Of a stretch of DNA of 53,769 bases, positions 11,185 through 22,488 are shown one piece after another (the stretch's first letter is position 1; each line of letters begins with the position of its first letter). Both the position numbers and the translations under genes were made by a program. The stretch is from Octopus bimaculoides. Taxonomy: Eukaryota. Below the pieces are notes generated by a model. That model had not been told where the DNA came from. It ran no database searches and saw only the letters and a program-made list of their open reading frames with translations. The stretch spans positions 18,558,254-18,612,022 of the forward strand of contig NC_068998.1 in the NCBI RefSeq assembly GCF_001194135.2. The letters run 5' to 3'.

Positions 11185-11400
11185 GAGGCACATGGCTCAG
11201 TGGTTAGGATGTTTGATTCATGATCATAAGATTGTGGTTTTGATCCTGGACTGGGTGACGTATTGTGTCCTCGAGCAAAACACTTCATTTCACATTGCTT
11301 CAGTCCACTTAGCTGGCAAAAATGAGCAATCCTGTAATGGACTGGCGTCCTGTCCAGGTGGGGAAACTGGGAAATTGGCCCTTATGAGTCAGTATATCTC
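11185..11400 (+). mobile_element. tRNA-head/CORE-like SINE, tail type ii
   Basis: A-box tggctcagtggttagg, then tgtgtcctcgagcaaaacacttcatttcac, then cctgtaatggactggcgtcctgtccagg..gaaactggg. Confidence 0.7.
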
Positions 11401-11429
11401 GAGAAGGTAACTAATTAATGACTACATTT

Positions 11430-11810
11430 ATTTGTGGAGGGAACCTGTGGAAGAAGTAGAAGTAGACATGGGACGAGGTGGTGAAGCATGATCTTTGAAT
11501 GTTGGGTCTTACAGAGGTGATGACAAGTGACCGAGACCTTTGGTGATTTGCTGTCCTCGTGAAGACTTGTCAAGCTAAGTGAAATCGTAGTTGTAGCCAG
11601 TGCCGGTGACACGTAAAAGGCACCTGTATCAGTGACACATAAAAGGTACCCACTACACTCTTGGAGTGGTTGGCATTAAGAAAAGAATCCAACTGTAGAA
11701 TCCAAGCCAAATCAGACTGGATCCTGATACTCTTTGGCTTACCAGTTCTAATCAAACTGTCTAACCCATGCCAGCATGGAAAATGGACACTAAATGATGA
11801 TGATGATGAT
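11430..11810 (+). mobile_element. RTE family E: ORF end plus 3' UTR with (GAT)n tail
   Basis: TWDEVVKHDL*MLGLTEVMTSDRDLW..VKTCQAK*, then ggagtggttggcattaag..catgccagcatggaaa..atgatgatgat. Confidence 0.85.
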
Positions 11811-11834
11811 CATCATCATAACAATCACACACAC

Positions 11835-11977
11835 ATGATGGGCTCTTTTCCATCTAACAAATCCACTTGTGAATCTTGTCAACCTGGGGCTATAGTAGAA
11901 GACATTTGCCTAGTGTGCCACATCCTGGGATTAAACCTGAAACCATGTGGCTAGGAAGCAAACTTCTTTGCCACACA

Positions 11978-12020
<43 letters not shown>

Positions 12021-12390
12021 TTTTATTTGTTTCAGTCATTTGACTGAGGCCTTGCTGGAGCACCACGTTTAATTGAACAAATCGACCACAGGACTTATTC
12101 TTTGTAAGCCTAGTACTTATTCTATCAGTCTTTTTTGCTGAACCACTAAGTTACGGGGACATAAACACGCCAACATTGGTTGTCAAGCGATGGTGGGGGA
12201 CAAACACAGACATACAAACATGTACATGTATATACAATGGGCTTCTTTCAGTTTCCGTCTACCAAATCCACTCACAAGGCTTTGGTTGGCCCAAGGCTAT
12301 AGTAGAAGATGCTTGCTCAAGGTGCCATGCAGTGGGACTGAACCTGGAACCATGTGGTTAATAGGCAAGCTACTTACCACACAGCCACTC
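11835..12390 (-). mobile_element. Two SINE family A copies (11835-11980 5' part; 12020-12390 near full length)
   Basis: On the minus strand: ggctgtgtggtaag..ggttcagtccc..ggcaccttgagcaag..ggtagacggaaactgaaagaagccc..aaatgactgaaacaaataaaa. Confidence 0.88.
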
Positions 12391-13189
12391 CAAGCCTGTA
12401 TATATATATAAAATCATTAATTCAACGTTCAATTTTCCATGCTTGCATGGACTTACATTACAGACAAATACTTAACGTTGGTAGGAAGAGATGTTGTCTA
12501 TGGCTTCTACATGTCATTCCAATTTGGGGAAAATTAAATGGGTCTAGTAACTAAGCAATATAAACATGCTGCATTCACTCGAGAAGTCTTGTGCAGCTGT
12601 AGCAACAACTGAATTTTTTAATGAGTTAAGCTGTTGATAATTAATTTAATGTCTGTTGGCATTAAACCTTATTATTAAAAATAGCTTGGCGCACCCTGTA
12701 CACCTCTGCCCTATGCACAGAGTTTTGCAGTCAGACTGCTCTGGGAGAATGTTGGTGCTTTCTTATTTCCATGCACACACACACACACTCACAGAAACAC
12801 ATGCACATATACATACACATTGTTATTTTGAAATTGATGTGGTACTGTTATTTAATCAACATTTAGTTTGGCATTAAATCCAATGCTTCAAGGTGTAACC
12901 CACAGAAATTTATTTTTGCTTTTGGTGTATTGTTTATAATTGCGAACTGCTCACTCTATCTATTTACACCTGTGTCTGCATGTATCTCTCAGCTCTGTAT
13001 ATTAGATGAGCACTGTCTAATAATCAGTTATACACCTCCATACCCTCCCATTTAGAGTTAATGGTAAAATTAAGACTAGTATTGTCATTCGCATAACTCT
13101 CACATTTATGCGTGTCTGCCCACACAGATTTTTAACTAAATAAATTTCATTTTAAATGTGACGGTTAGTAAATATATTCTTCATTATCA

Positions 13190-13520
13190 TCAACATCATC
13201 CTTTAAAGCCTGTTTTCCATGCTGGCATGGGCTGGATGGTTTGACCAAAGCTGACAAGCTGGAGTACTGCACCAGGTTCCAGTCTGATTTAGCTTGGTTT
13301 CTATAGCTGGATGCCCAACTACTATGCAGTGTGTGTTGGGTGCTTTTAATATGTCACTGGCAACGGTTGCCTTTACGTGGCACCAGCACGAGTTCTTTTT
13401 ATGTGGGATTGGCACTGGACTCTTGCAGGCCAATCCTCTTCACCAGGGGATACAGCCATAACACTTCTAATGTGGAGGGTGGGCCTTCTTGAGTACAGCA
13501 AGGCACCAGGTATCTTAGGC
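13190..13520 (-). mobile_element. RTE family E 3' UTR
   Basis: catcatc..ttttccatgctggcatggg..ctatagctggatgccc, the reverse complement of the family E tail. Confidence 0.8.
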
Positions 13521-13939
13521 AGGATGCTTGAAAAGACAAGAATGACCACACTAATGTTAATTTAAATTTTCATATTTTATTAACCTGCATTGTTCATAGT
13601 TCAAGCTACAACTATCCTAAATTTCCTTTTCTATCATATTATATTCATGGATACATTATCAGATTTATTTATTCATTTTCAAGATGGTAATGTAGTATTC
13701 ATACTTCAGCTCTTGTGTTCTTGTCAAGTATCATTACCACTGCTACTACTTCTTGAAGTATACCATTTATAAGAATTTACTCCATTTTTTTCCTTGGTGG
13801 AGAGAGTTGAAAGCATTTAATAAGTTTATAGACTCTGTAGATTTCTGTCCAGACTTTCAATAATAATTCTTCTGGTTGTTAAGAACTGTCCAAAGGTAGA
13901 CTAATTTTTTTCCTTAGACAGTTGCATACATAAGTGACG

Positions 13940-14255
13940 ATTGCTTAAAGTGGATGGAACTTGTGGAAGACAAAGGACAAAGTATTGAAGGCCAATCTCA
14001 AGACACTGAACCTTATGAAGGAGATAACGAAAGACTGAGATATCTGGTGCCTATCAAAAAGACTTGATGTCAGTACTGGTGCCACTTAAAAAGTACCTAG
14101 TACACTCTGGAGTGGTTGGCATTAGGAAGAGCATCCAGCTATAGAAACCATTCTTGACTAGACAATGGAGCCTGGTGCTGCCCCTAGACAAACTGTCCAA
14201 CCCATGCCAGCATGGAAAACAGAACTTAAATTATGATGATGGTGGTGATGACGTT
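13940..14255 (+). mobile_element. RTE family E ORF end plus 3' UTR, decayed
   Basis: gtggatggaacttgtggaag.. then ggagtggttggcattaggaagagcatccagc..catgccagcatggaaaac..atgatgatggtggtgatg. Confidence 0.7.
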
Positions 14256-15258
14256 TTGGTTTCTTTCTAAGACCATTTCAAGATTCGATTATGTGGTTCA
14301 GCAACAATTTGTTGTTGGTTTATTGCTGCTCTCACTGTTGCTGATGTTGTTCAAGAGATGGATGTGATTTGCAGGACATTGCTGAGGAGTGAAGTAATAA
14401 GTCATAAGTATATATACTTGGGTCAGTTGTCTAGTAAACGCCTTTTAATGCTATATAGTGTCATAGTAGATGGCATGTGTGAATTTAGCAAATCTAAACT
14501 TAATGAGGAAGATCTGGTTGCCAAAGCATGCTATAGCATGTCAATTTGCTAAGAAGTCCTTTTCATTGGTTCATTAGAATGTCTTAAATTAGATTAGATA
14601 TACTGTTCTAGATAAGAGCACAGCACACTATCTTAGATTTCATAGTCAACAATAGCTTGAGGTTGAGATATGTATAGTCTGTAGAAAAAAAAAAAAGTCG
14701 AATCTTGAGGTGATTTTAGTCGTACTGAAAATTTGAGGCTAAACAATCTGTTTGACAGTTGTTGTTGGTGCTAATAGTGGGTATGATGTTTGATTTAAAG
14801 AAAGCAGAAAGGAGATTGGTTGCTATCAGGTCTCCATAGAAGCTTGTAGTGAGGTGGGTGTTCACTTTTGTTAAATTAAAGAGATCTCATTTCAAGTGTA
14901 TTTAAAAATGAATTTATTTTTTTGTCATTCATTCACGCTAAATCATATCTATTTTGAATTTATTATATATATAAATACTGGATATGTCAGTCTCACATAA
15001 ACACACATTACTGTAAGTAAATAGCCAAGTTTATAACCTTATTATTCTGTTAACCCAGTTCTCCCCCGCCTCTCTCTCTCTTCACATATGTCATGCACGT
15101 AGGCACATCACAGGTGAATTGGTAGAAAATTAGAATGTCAGATAAAATGTCATATGGTATTCATTTCAACCTTCTGCGCTCAAAGTTCAGATCCTACCAA
15201 ATTTAACTTTGCCTTCAGAGTCAGTAGATATAGTACTAGTGGATCACTCTCTCTCTCT

Positions 15259-15297
<39 letters not shown>

Positions 15298-15439
15298 GCA
15301 CACACATACACAGAAGAAGAAGAATTAGACTAACAAAGGGATGGGTCCCAAAACGTTTAGATATCTAATACATACTGTCTGTCTTGACAAGTGCTATCTT
15401 AAGGTAGGTTCTCTGGGTACTGCACCAACCCATCATCAT

Positions 15440-16260
15440 CATCATCATCATCGTCTTTTAACATCCATTCTCCATGCTGGCATGGGTTGGATGGTTTGAT
15501 GGGAGTTGGCCAGCTGGGCTCCATTTTTCTGTTTTTGCATGCTTTCTACAGCTGGATGCCCTTCCTAACTCTAATCACTTTACAGTGTGTACTGGATGCT
15601 TTTATGTGGTACTGGCACAGGCACTTTTATATGGCACCAGCACCCATAAGTCCACAAGACTAGGTTCTCTTGGCTGAGAGTGGGATGTAGATCAATACCT
15701 TTTCTACATCAAGCAGGACCATCTTCCTGAAGGTATCAGTGATTTGTATGGTTTCCTATTTACTAGGATCTTGGTCTTTGCTAAATTAATTCTCAGCCCT
15801 TGCTTTCACACCTGAAATTTCTTCTAGTTCTGATAGTGATTCAACAATAAGAACCAAATCATCAGCATAGAGGAGCTCTCAAGGGTAGTCTGCCTTAAAT
15901 TCTTCTGTTATGGTCTGGAGTAATATGATAAACAAGAGTTGGCTGAGAATGGAACCCTGGTGAACTCCTACCTGTACACTAAATTCCTTGCTATACTCAT
16001 TACTGACTTTCACCTTACTGACAGCATCCCTGTCCATGGCTTGTACAGCCTTCACCAACCACTCATCTATCCATACCTCTTACATTGCTCACATAATAAC
16101 GGAGCAGAGCACCCTGTCAAAAGCTTTCTTCAAATCAACAAAACCCAAATACAGGGGTGTATTTTTGGCCAAGTAGTTTTTCTGTAGCTTCCTCACTAGA
16201 AAGATAGCATCAGTAGTGCTTCTTCCTGGTACAAGACTCAACTGTATCTCATCTTGGATA
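15440..16260 (-). mobile_element. RTE RT fragment (about 15690-16260) joined to a family E tail (15440-15680)
   Basis: On the minus strand: PGRSTTDAIFLVRKL..LYLGFVDLKKAFDRV..VQVGVHQGSILSQLLFII..LYADDLVLI. Confidence 0.88.
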
Positions 16261-16264
16261 GCAC

Positions 16265-16595
16265 ATGAAAAAAACTGGCCCTGTGTCAGTTATGATGCTG
16301 AGAATTCCAGTTGATCCGATCAACAGAACAACCTGCTTGTGCTATTAATGTGCAAGTGGCTGAGCACTCCACAGACACGCGTACCCTTAACATAGTTCCC
16401 AGAGAGATACAGCATGACACAGAAAGTGACTAGGCTGACCCTTTGAAATGCAGGTACTACTCATTTTTGCCAGCTGAGTGAACTGGAGCAATGTGAAATA
16501 AAGTATCTTGCTCAAGGATACAATCAGCCACCAGGAATCAAACTCACAACCTTATGATCATCGAGATGAATACCCTAACCACTAAGCCATGCACT
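16265..16595 (-). mobile_element. SINE family D (tRNA head, CORE-like body, family C tail)
   Basis: Collinear with 44995-45315. The 3' half matches family C (gtgtctgtggagtgctcagccacttgcac..gatcggatcaactgg). Confidence 0.85.
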
Positions 16596-16610
16596 TTCAG
16601 GAAGCATATA

Positions 16611-17534
16611 TCTACTACTTATGTGGAAATCTGTGGGTGTGTTTGTTTGTGGCATTGTTATCTAACTCCTCCGACATTGTTTTAGCAATTTTGATGAAAC
16701 TTGACATGTGAGGTAATGTCTGGAGAACTAGCGACAGACTTAGATTGTTGAAAAAATCGATAATAGGGCCCCTGGAAGGGATTTTTATATTTACTACATA
16801 TAACTAATCTATTATTTTTAAACATCCAAGGGAAATAACCCATTCGCTCCTGAAAGGGATCCTTATATATAGCCAAGGGAAATAACCCATTCATGTTCCT
16901 AAATTATTTCATATAAATAAAATTGAGTATGCTTATTTCTTAGTATTTGAACTATATGAGTTATTTTCGCAATTTATCCAGTACAACACTTAAACAAGTA
17001 AATAGTATTTTCCTAAACAAAAGATCTACTTATTTCAGTTAGTAACTTATTCATGAATATACCAACACTAGTGCCACTGAGGGTAATATTCTCTGCGAAC
17101 TTACAAAAGCTTTTTTCAGAGTTATTTACTTTGAATTGTTATTATCCCATATCTGATCAGCCTGTTATTACGTAACATGATTCATGATTATAGTATACAT
17201 ACCTTATTAGAATTTCTTCCTAAGTTCTATATACTCAGGGGACGTATTAAAGCCCTTTTCGGGGCTACTTTAGTTGAATTCTCACTATCGGGTAATTTTA
17301 TGTTATTACATAACTGACTTCACAATTTGGGTATTCATAACTTATTGGGAATTCCTAAAAACAAGATCCTGTGTAAGACAGTTTAGTATTCTATTTTAGT
17401 ATTAATAAATGCATAAAAACTGTTTTAAGGGCTACATACTTTGTATTGTTGTTACTAGACTATCAAAACAATTATGAGAACAGAACCAAGGGATAAGCCC
17501 CGCTTTCCCAGGAATTACCGGTCGCATCATCTAG
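16611..17534 (+). mobile_element. Non-autonomous Helitron (924 bp)
   Basis: Starts A|TCTACTACTTT..gtgtttgtttgt and ends with decayed hairpin cccaggaattaccgg, about 10 nt, CTAG|T. Inserted in an AT dinucleotide with no TSD. Confidence 0.7.
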
Positions 17535-17569
<35 letters not shown>

Positions 17570-17792
17570 TTAATATAGGGTGAGAAAAATTATAGAAATT
17601 TTTTCTACCAGTGGCCAAGTACGTATACAAAGTCAATAGACGTATTTTTCATATAAAAATTTTGTGTACATTTAAGTATAAATAGGCAAGCCTTAACAGG
17701 TTGCCTAACATACTAGAAAGAACAGTCAAACAGTCCAAACCACAGTTAAGAGCAATTTCAAAGGGAATGAAAAATACTTAAATGTACACTAA

Positions 17793-17838
<46 letters not shown>

Positions 17839-17855
17839 GCACAAATATAAAGGTA

Positions 17856-17946
17856 CTAGCAGAAATACCCGGTGTTGCCCGGGTTAAAGAGAATAATGAA
17901 ATCTAAAAACGCCGTCTAGACTACGCATCATCTTTATATATAGAGA
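17856..17946 (-). mobile_element. Minimal non-autonomous Helitron (91 bp)
   Basis: On the minus strand: A|TCTCTATATATAAAG...CCCGGGCAACACCGGG TATTTCTG CTAG|T. It has a 5' TC, a 3' GC hairpin and CTAG, in an AT target. Confidence 0.8.
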
Positions 17947-18719
17947 TGTATATACACACACGCACCCAAACACACGTATATATATGTATATCAATATAAA
18001 TATATGAAAGTCAATGAGGTTTCGTAAAAGAAGGTGATCATGTACATACTTTCTTGCTGTTGTGATTATAACACCTCATTGTAAACTATGTTCCTTGTTT
18101 TCCCTTGTGGAGCATATACAAATAGGTTTTTTGTTGCTGCCCACTCTTGAGCAGCCAACATANNNNNNNNNNNNNNNNNNNNNNNNNNNNNNNNNNNNNN
18201 NNNNNNNNNNNNNNNNNNNNNNNNNNNNNNNNNNNNNNNNNNNNNNNNNNNNNNNNNNNNNNNNNNNNNNNNNNNNNNNNNNNNNNNNNNNNNNNNNNNN
18301 NNNNNNNNNNNNNNNNNNNNNNNNNNNNNNNNNNNNNNNNNNNNNNNNNNNNNNNNNNNNNNNNNNNNNNNNNNNNNNNNNNNNNNNNNNNNNNNNNNNN
18401 NNNNNNNNNNNNNNNNNNNNNNNNNNNNNNNNNNNNNNNNNNNNNNNNNNNNNNNNNNNNNNNNNNNNNNNNNNNNNNNNNNNNNNNNNNNNNNNNNNNN
18501 NNNNNNNNNNNNNNNNNNNNNNNNNNNNNNNNNNNNNNNNNNNNNNNNNNNNNNNNNNNNNNNNNNNNNNNNNNNNNNNNNNNNNNNNNNNNNNNNNNNN
18601 NNNNNNNNNNNNNNNNNNNNNNNNNNNNNNNNNNNNNNNNNNNNNNNNNNNNNNNNNGTACATATACATCTCTCTCTCTCTTTCTCTCTTTCTCTCTCTG
18701 TGAAAGTATCTGTCACTAC

Positions 18720-19012
18720 AGTATCGAAATGTGATTGTTTCAGTTAGTGGAATAGTTTCATTTTTAAAGTGAAAGTATTTGACATGAGTGTTTTTGTTTC
18801 ACTTTTGACACGTAATACTTAAATAGTGGAGGAGATATTATGTTGCCGTGTGCTCGAACTCTGCAAGAAGTTAATAATTTTTTTTTTACTAAAACACAAC
18901 TGGAACCCTAAGTAAGGCATGTGTAAAATTTGAATGAAATTGGTTGCGTAGTTCTCGAGTTTTAGGGATTCACACAGACAGACAGACACGTTCTCATTTT
19001 TATATATATAGA
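18720..19012 (-). mobile_element. Helitron-type 5' fragment
   Basis: Minus strand starts A|TCTATATATATAAAAATGAGAACGTGTCTGTCTGTCTG..caaccaatttcattcaaattttacac. The 3' end is not seen (gap nearby). Confidence 0.6.
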
Positions 19013-19163
19013 TTATGCATTTATATTTTCAATTCAATGTATGTAATTTTTCTTTTTTTTTTTTAATTTATATATATATTTTGATGAGATTATTTATCTG
19101 GATTACAAAGGGTCATGCTCCAGTTTTAGTGAAAAAATTTTTTTTCTTTTATGCCTATTTTAG

Positions 19164-19305
19164 AAAAGATTCTGAAAACCTTGGTCAAAAGTGGAAGCGT
19201 GGAGTCCCTATTGAAGTCTTGCCAGTTGCTTATCGACCAGTAAAACTAAAAATTGAAGCTATGCTAGGTGGAGTGGCTAAACTACGAATGGCTGAGCACA
19301 AAGCT
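19164..19305 (+). CDS. RPIA: Ribose-5-phosphate isomerase A, internal exon (142 nt, phase 2 to 0)
   Basis: Acceptor ctattttag, then (R)KDSENLGQKWKRGVPIEVLPVAYRPVKLKIEAMLGGVAKLRMAEHKA, then donor gtaagt. In frame with the previous exon (ag+a = Arg). Confidence 0.97.
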
Positions 19306-19349
19306 GTAAGTATTTATGATTTGTGTATGTAAAATGTGTAAATAGTTTA

Positions 19350-19510
19350 CTATGGTTGTGTGGTAAGAAGCTTGCTTCCTAATCACATGGTTCCAGATTC
19401 AGTTCCACTGTGTGGCACCTTGGGCAAGTGTCTTCTACTATGGCCTTAGGCTGACCAACGCCTTGTGAGTAGATTTGGTAGATGAAAATTCAAACAAGCC
19501 CATTGTGTAT
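19350..19510 (+). mobile_element. SINE family A, 5' half
   Basis: ggttgtgtggtaagaagcttgcttcc..ggcaccttgggcaagtgtcttctactatggcc..gatttggtag. Confidence 0.85.
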
Positions 19511-19515
19511 GTGGA

Positions 19516-20187
19516 TATCATCATCATCATCATCGTTTAACGTCTGCTTTCCATGCTAGCATGGGTTGGACTATTTGACTAAGGACTGGTGAACCGGATG
19601 GCTGCACCAGTCTCCAATCTGATCTGGCAGAGTTTCTACAGCTGGATGCCCTTCCTAACGCCAACCACTCGGAGAGTGTAGTGGGTGGTTTTATGTGCCA
19701 CCAGCACAAGTGCTAGTAAGGCGACACTGGTAACGAGCATGCTCAAATGGTGCTATTTACGTACCACTAGCACAGAAGCCTGACAGCTGCTGTTAGTGCT
19801 CCACTGGCACAGGTGCCAGTCATCGAATATGGTTCAATTACGATTTCGATTTCACTTGCCCCAACAGGTCTTCGCAGAGTTTAGTGTCCAATGAAGGAGA
19901 GGTTGGCATGGGTGCCAGTCGTCAAATTTGGTTCGATTTCGTTTTTACTTGCCTCAACAGGTCTTCGCAAGCAGAGTTTAGTGTCCAATGAAGTAAAGAT
20001 GTGAGTAAGTGAGCTGGCTACACTTCTGTCAGAGGCCACAGATTATACTCTCACTTGGCTTGCCGGGTCTTCTCACGTACTGCATATTTCCAAAGGTCCC
20101 GGTCACTAGTCATTGCCTCGGTGAGGCCTAAAGTTCGAAGGTCATGCTTCACCACCTCATCCCAGGTCTTCCTGGGTCTACTTCTTC
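19516..20187 (-). mobile_element. RTE family E, ORF end plus full 3' UTR
   Basis: On the minus strand: TCRRSRPRKTWDEVVKHDLRTLGLTEAMTSDRDLWKYAVREKTRQAK*, a long UTR and a (GAT)n tail at 19516-19535. Confidence 0.9.
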
Positions 20188-20490
20188 TACAGGTTCTGGA
20201 TGTTGAGTCTCATGGAGGTGATGACAAGTCACCAAGACCTTTTGGCAATTTTCCTTGCTTGAGAAGATACATGAAGCTAAGTGAAATCATAGTTGTAACC
20301 AGTGCTGGTGACACGTAAAAGACACCTGGTACACTCTATGGGTGGTTGGCATTAGGAAGGGCATCCAGCCATAGAAACCAAGCCAAAACCGACTGGAGCC
20401 TGGTGCAGCTCTCCGGCTTACCAGTTCCAGTCAAACCATTTAACCCATGCCAGCATGGAAAATGAATGCTAAATGACGATGATGATGATA
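20188..20490 (+). mobile_element. RTE family E, ORF end plus shorter 3' UTR (older copy)
   Basis: MLSLMEVMTSHQDL..aagctaagtgaaatcatag..ggttggcattaggaagggcatccagc..gatgatgatgat. Confidence 0.85.
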
Positions 20491-20579
20491 ATTGAAGGTC
20501 CTCCTAAGCATGGTATTTTGTAAGAAATATAGCCACGGAAAGGGTAAAACATTTATGTATTTATATTTTTCTATTGCAG

Positions 20580-20679
20580 GGCCCAATTGTTACTGATAAT
20601 GGTAATTTTGTCCTTGATTGGCTATTTGAAGAACACGCTGACTGGGTAGAGGTGAATACTGCAATTAAATTGATTCCAG
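20580..20679 (+). CDS. RPIA: Ribose-5-phosphate isomerase A, internal exon (100 nt, phase 0 to 1)
   Basis: Acceptor tttttctattgcag, then [33 protein letters not shown](G), then donor gtaaat. Contains the RpiA motif GPxxTDNGNFxxD. Confidence 0.97.
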
Positions 20680-20924
20680 GTAAATCTAATTTCGACATGC
20701 ACCTTTCTAAAATACATCCAGTAATTACATTCCATTTTGTTTGTTGGTGGTGGTGTGTTGTTCAACCACCCCAGACAAACTCCGATCAAGCAGATATTAT
20801 TATCAGAGATTTTCCAGCCATGACCACACAATCTTTATTTAGGGGTATGTCTTGGCAAGAAATTTGGTTGTTATTTCCTTCTGGATGAGCTACCATGGTG
20901 GGTCAATTATATTTGCTTTGTAGT

Positions 20925-21080
20925 TGGGCAAAATGCTTTTCATTTGTCTTTATACTCTGGGTTTAAATTCCACTGAGGTTGATAAAATAAGTACCAGTTG
21001 GGCACCAGGATTGATGTAACTGACTAGCTCCCCACCCCCTGTAAAATTGTTGGCCTTGTGCCAAAACTTGAAACCAATAT
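20925..21080 (+). mobile_element. SINE family B, decayed
   Basis: aaattccactgagg..gataaaataagtaccagttg..gttggccttgtgccaaaacttgaaaccaat. Confidence 0.8.
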
Positions 21081-21523
21081 TTCTTTGTAGCTAGAAATAT
21101 GTATTGTAATATTAGTTATAAACGTATATAACAGTTGTTTGAGCTGAAATCTGTAGGAGTTCAAGGTTTAACGCTTTAGCATTTAAACCAACCAGATCTA
21201 GCCTCTCACACCTATCCTATGATGTCTTTCTAAGAATAAACAATGTGAATAAATAAGTATTACTTTTCACAGACAAATTAGGGTTATATAAATCCTATGA
21301 GGAAGAGCTCGGTTTTATTTTTGCTAGTAAAGTTAATAAACCAAGCAGAAGGATGGTTTTATCAAAGACAATAATCACTCTACTGTTTGCATCAGTGGGT
21401 GCCAGGGTGATGGTAATGGTTATTATTTACTCAGATTATTGTTTTCAAGGTTGTACAAAGCACTTAGGTTTTCCTTGTGGAACTGATAGAAGACCTCATG
21501 CAAAACAAGGAAAAGCTGCTTAA

Positions 21524-21745
21524 CCCTTTTGATACCAACCCGGCTGAAACTACTTCTGGCTCTGTAGTACAAATGTCTTGTTTTTAAAAATTCTGAATTA
21601 AAATCTTCCACCAAACCTTAGTCACAATTTATGTTCCTAATACTAACTTAATGATAGCTAAGTTATTTGATTCAATTCTTTGTTATATTTAAAATTAATT
21701 GAAAGAAACACAGAGCATCTCAACAGAAATATGGTAACAAAAGGT
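21524..21745. mobile_element. piggyBac-like MITE
   Basis: TTAA|CCCTTTTGATACCA ... TGGTAACAAAAGG. The right TTAA is decayed. Confidence 0.6.
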
Positions 21746-21808
21746 TTCATGGAGAGGCGAAAATAGGCCAAAAGAATTCAAGAGACATTCAAAAGGTAGT
21801 CTCTTGAT

Positions 21809-22224
21809 CAGTGGTTTCCAACCAGGATCCATGTGACCCTTGGGGGATCCATGTAAGATTTTGATGCTAAAATCTATGTGCAATAAATTGGTTATACTTC
21901 TACAATACACAAAATATTTTAACAATTTTTTAATACAATTTCTAATAATATTTAATCCAAAAAATATAATAGGATTTGTGTAAAGTGGTTGGCACCAGGA
22001 AAAGCATCCTGCCATAGAAACCAAGCCAAAACAGTCAATGGGACCTGGTTGCAGGCCTTGGCCTTGCCAGTTCCTGTCAAGCTGTCCAGCACATGCTAGC
22101 ATTGGAAAACCGATGTTAAAATGTTGATGACGGTGATTGATGATGATCAAATGGTTATGAGTGTACAACCGAACAAAATGGGAATCATTGGGGTCAATAG
22201 GTACAAAATGGTTGAGAATCACTA
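21809..22224. mobile_element. hAT (Charlie-like) MITE with an internal RTE-tail insertion (about 21990-22140)
   Basis: TIRs cagtggtttccaacc / ggttgagaatcacta. The flanks ctcttgat and cactagat both differ by one base from ctctagat, the NTCTAGAN-type 8-bp TSD. Confidence 0.75.
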
Positions 22225-22488
22225 CACTAGATGAAGGTCAGAGTATGATAACCAGAAACTAGCCTATGCAGATGTGGGATGTCACGTGCCAAGTCCAACC
22301 CCTAAAATACTTATCATTTTGTGCAAAAATTAACTCTTTAGGAAATGTTAGGAATGAGTTGTGTTCAAGCAGTTGTATTGTTGTGTAGAAATATAATTTA
22401 ATTTGCACAAACAATTCTGTAAACAGACTTACACAAACTGTTGAATGGGTTCAAGGGAATAGATGAAACCTTTATTAAATCCTTTTAA

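Noticed and set aside
20574-20888. ORF-track 104-aa ORF extending the RPIA exon past 20679
   Set aside because: RpiA similarity stops at IPG, where a GT donor gives the correct phase for the next exon. The extension is intron read-through.
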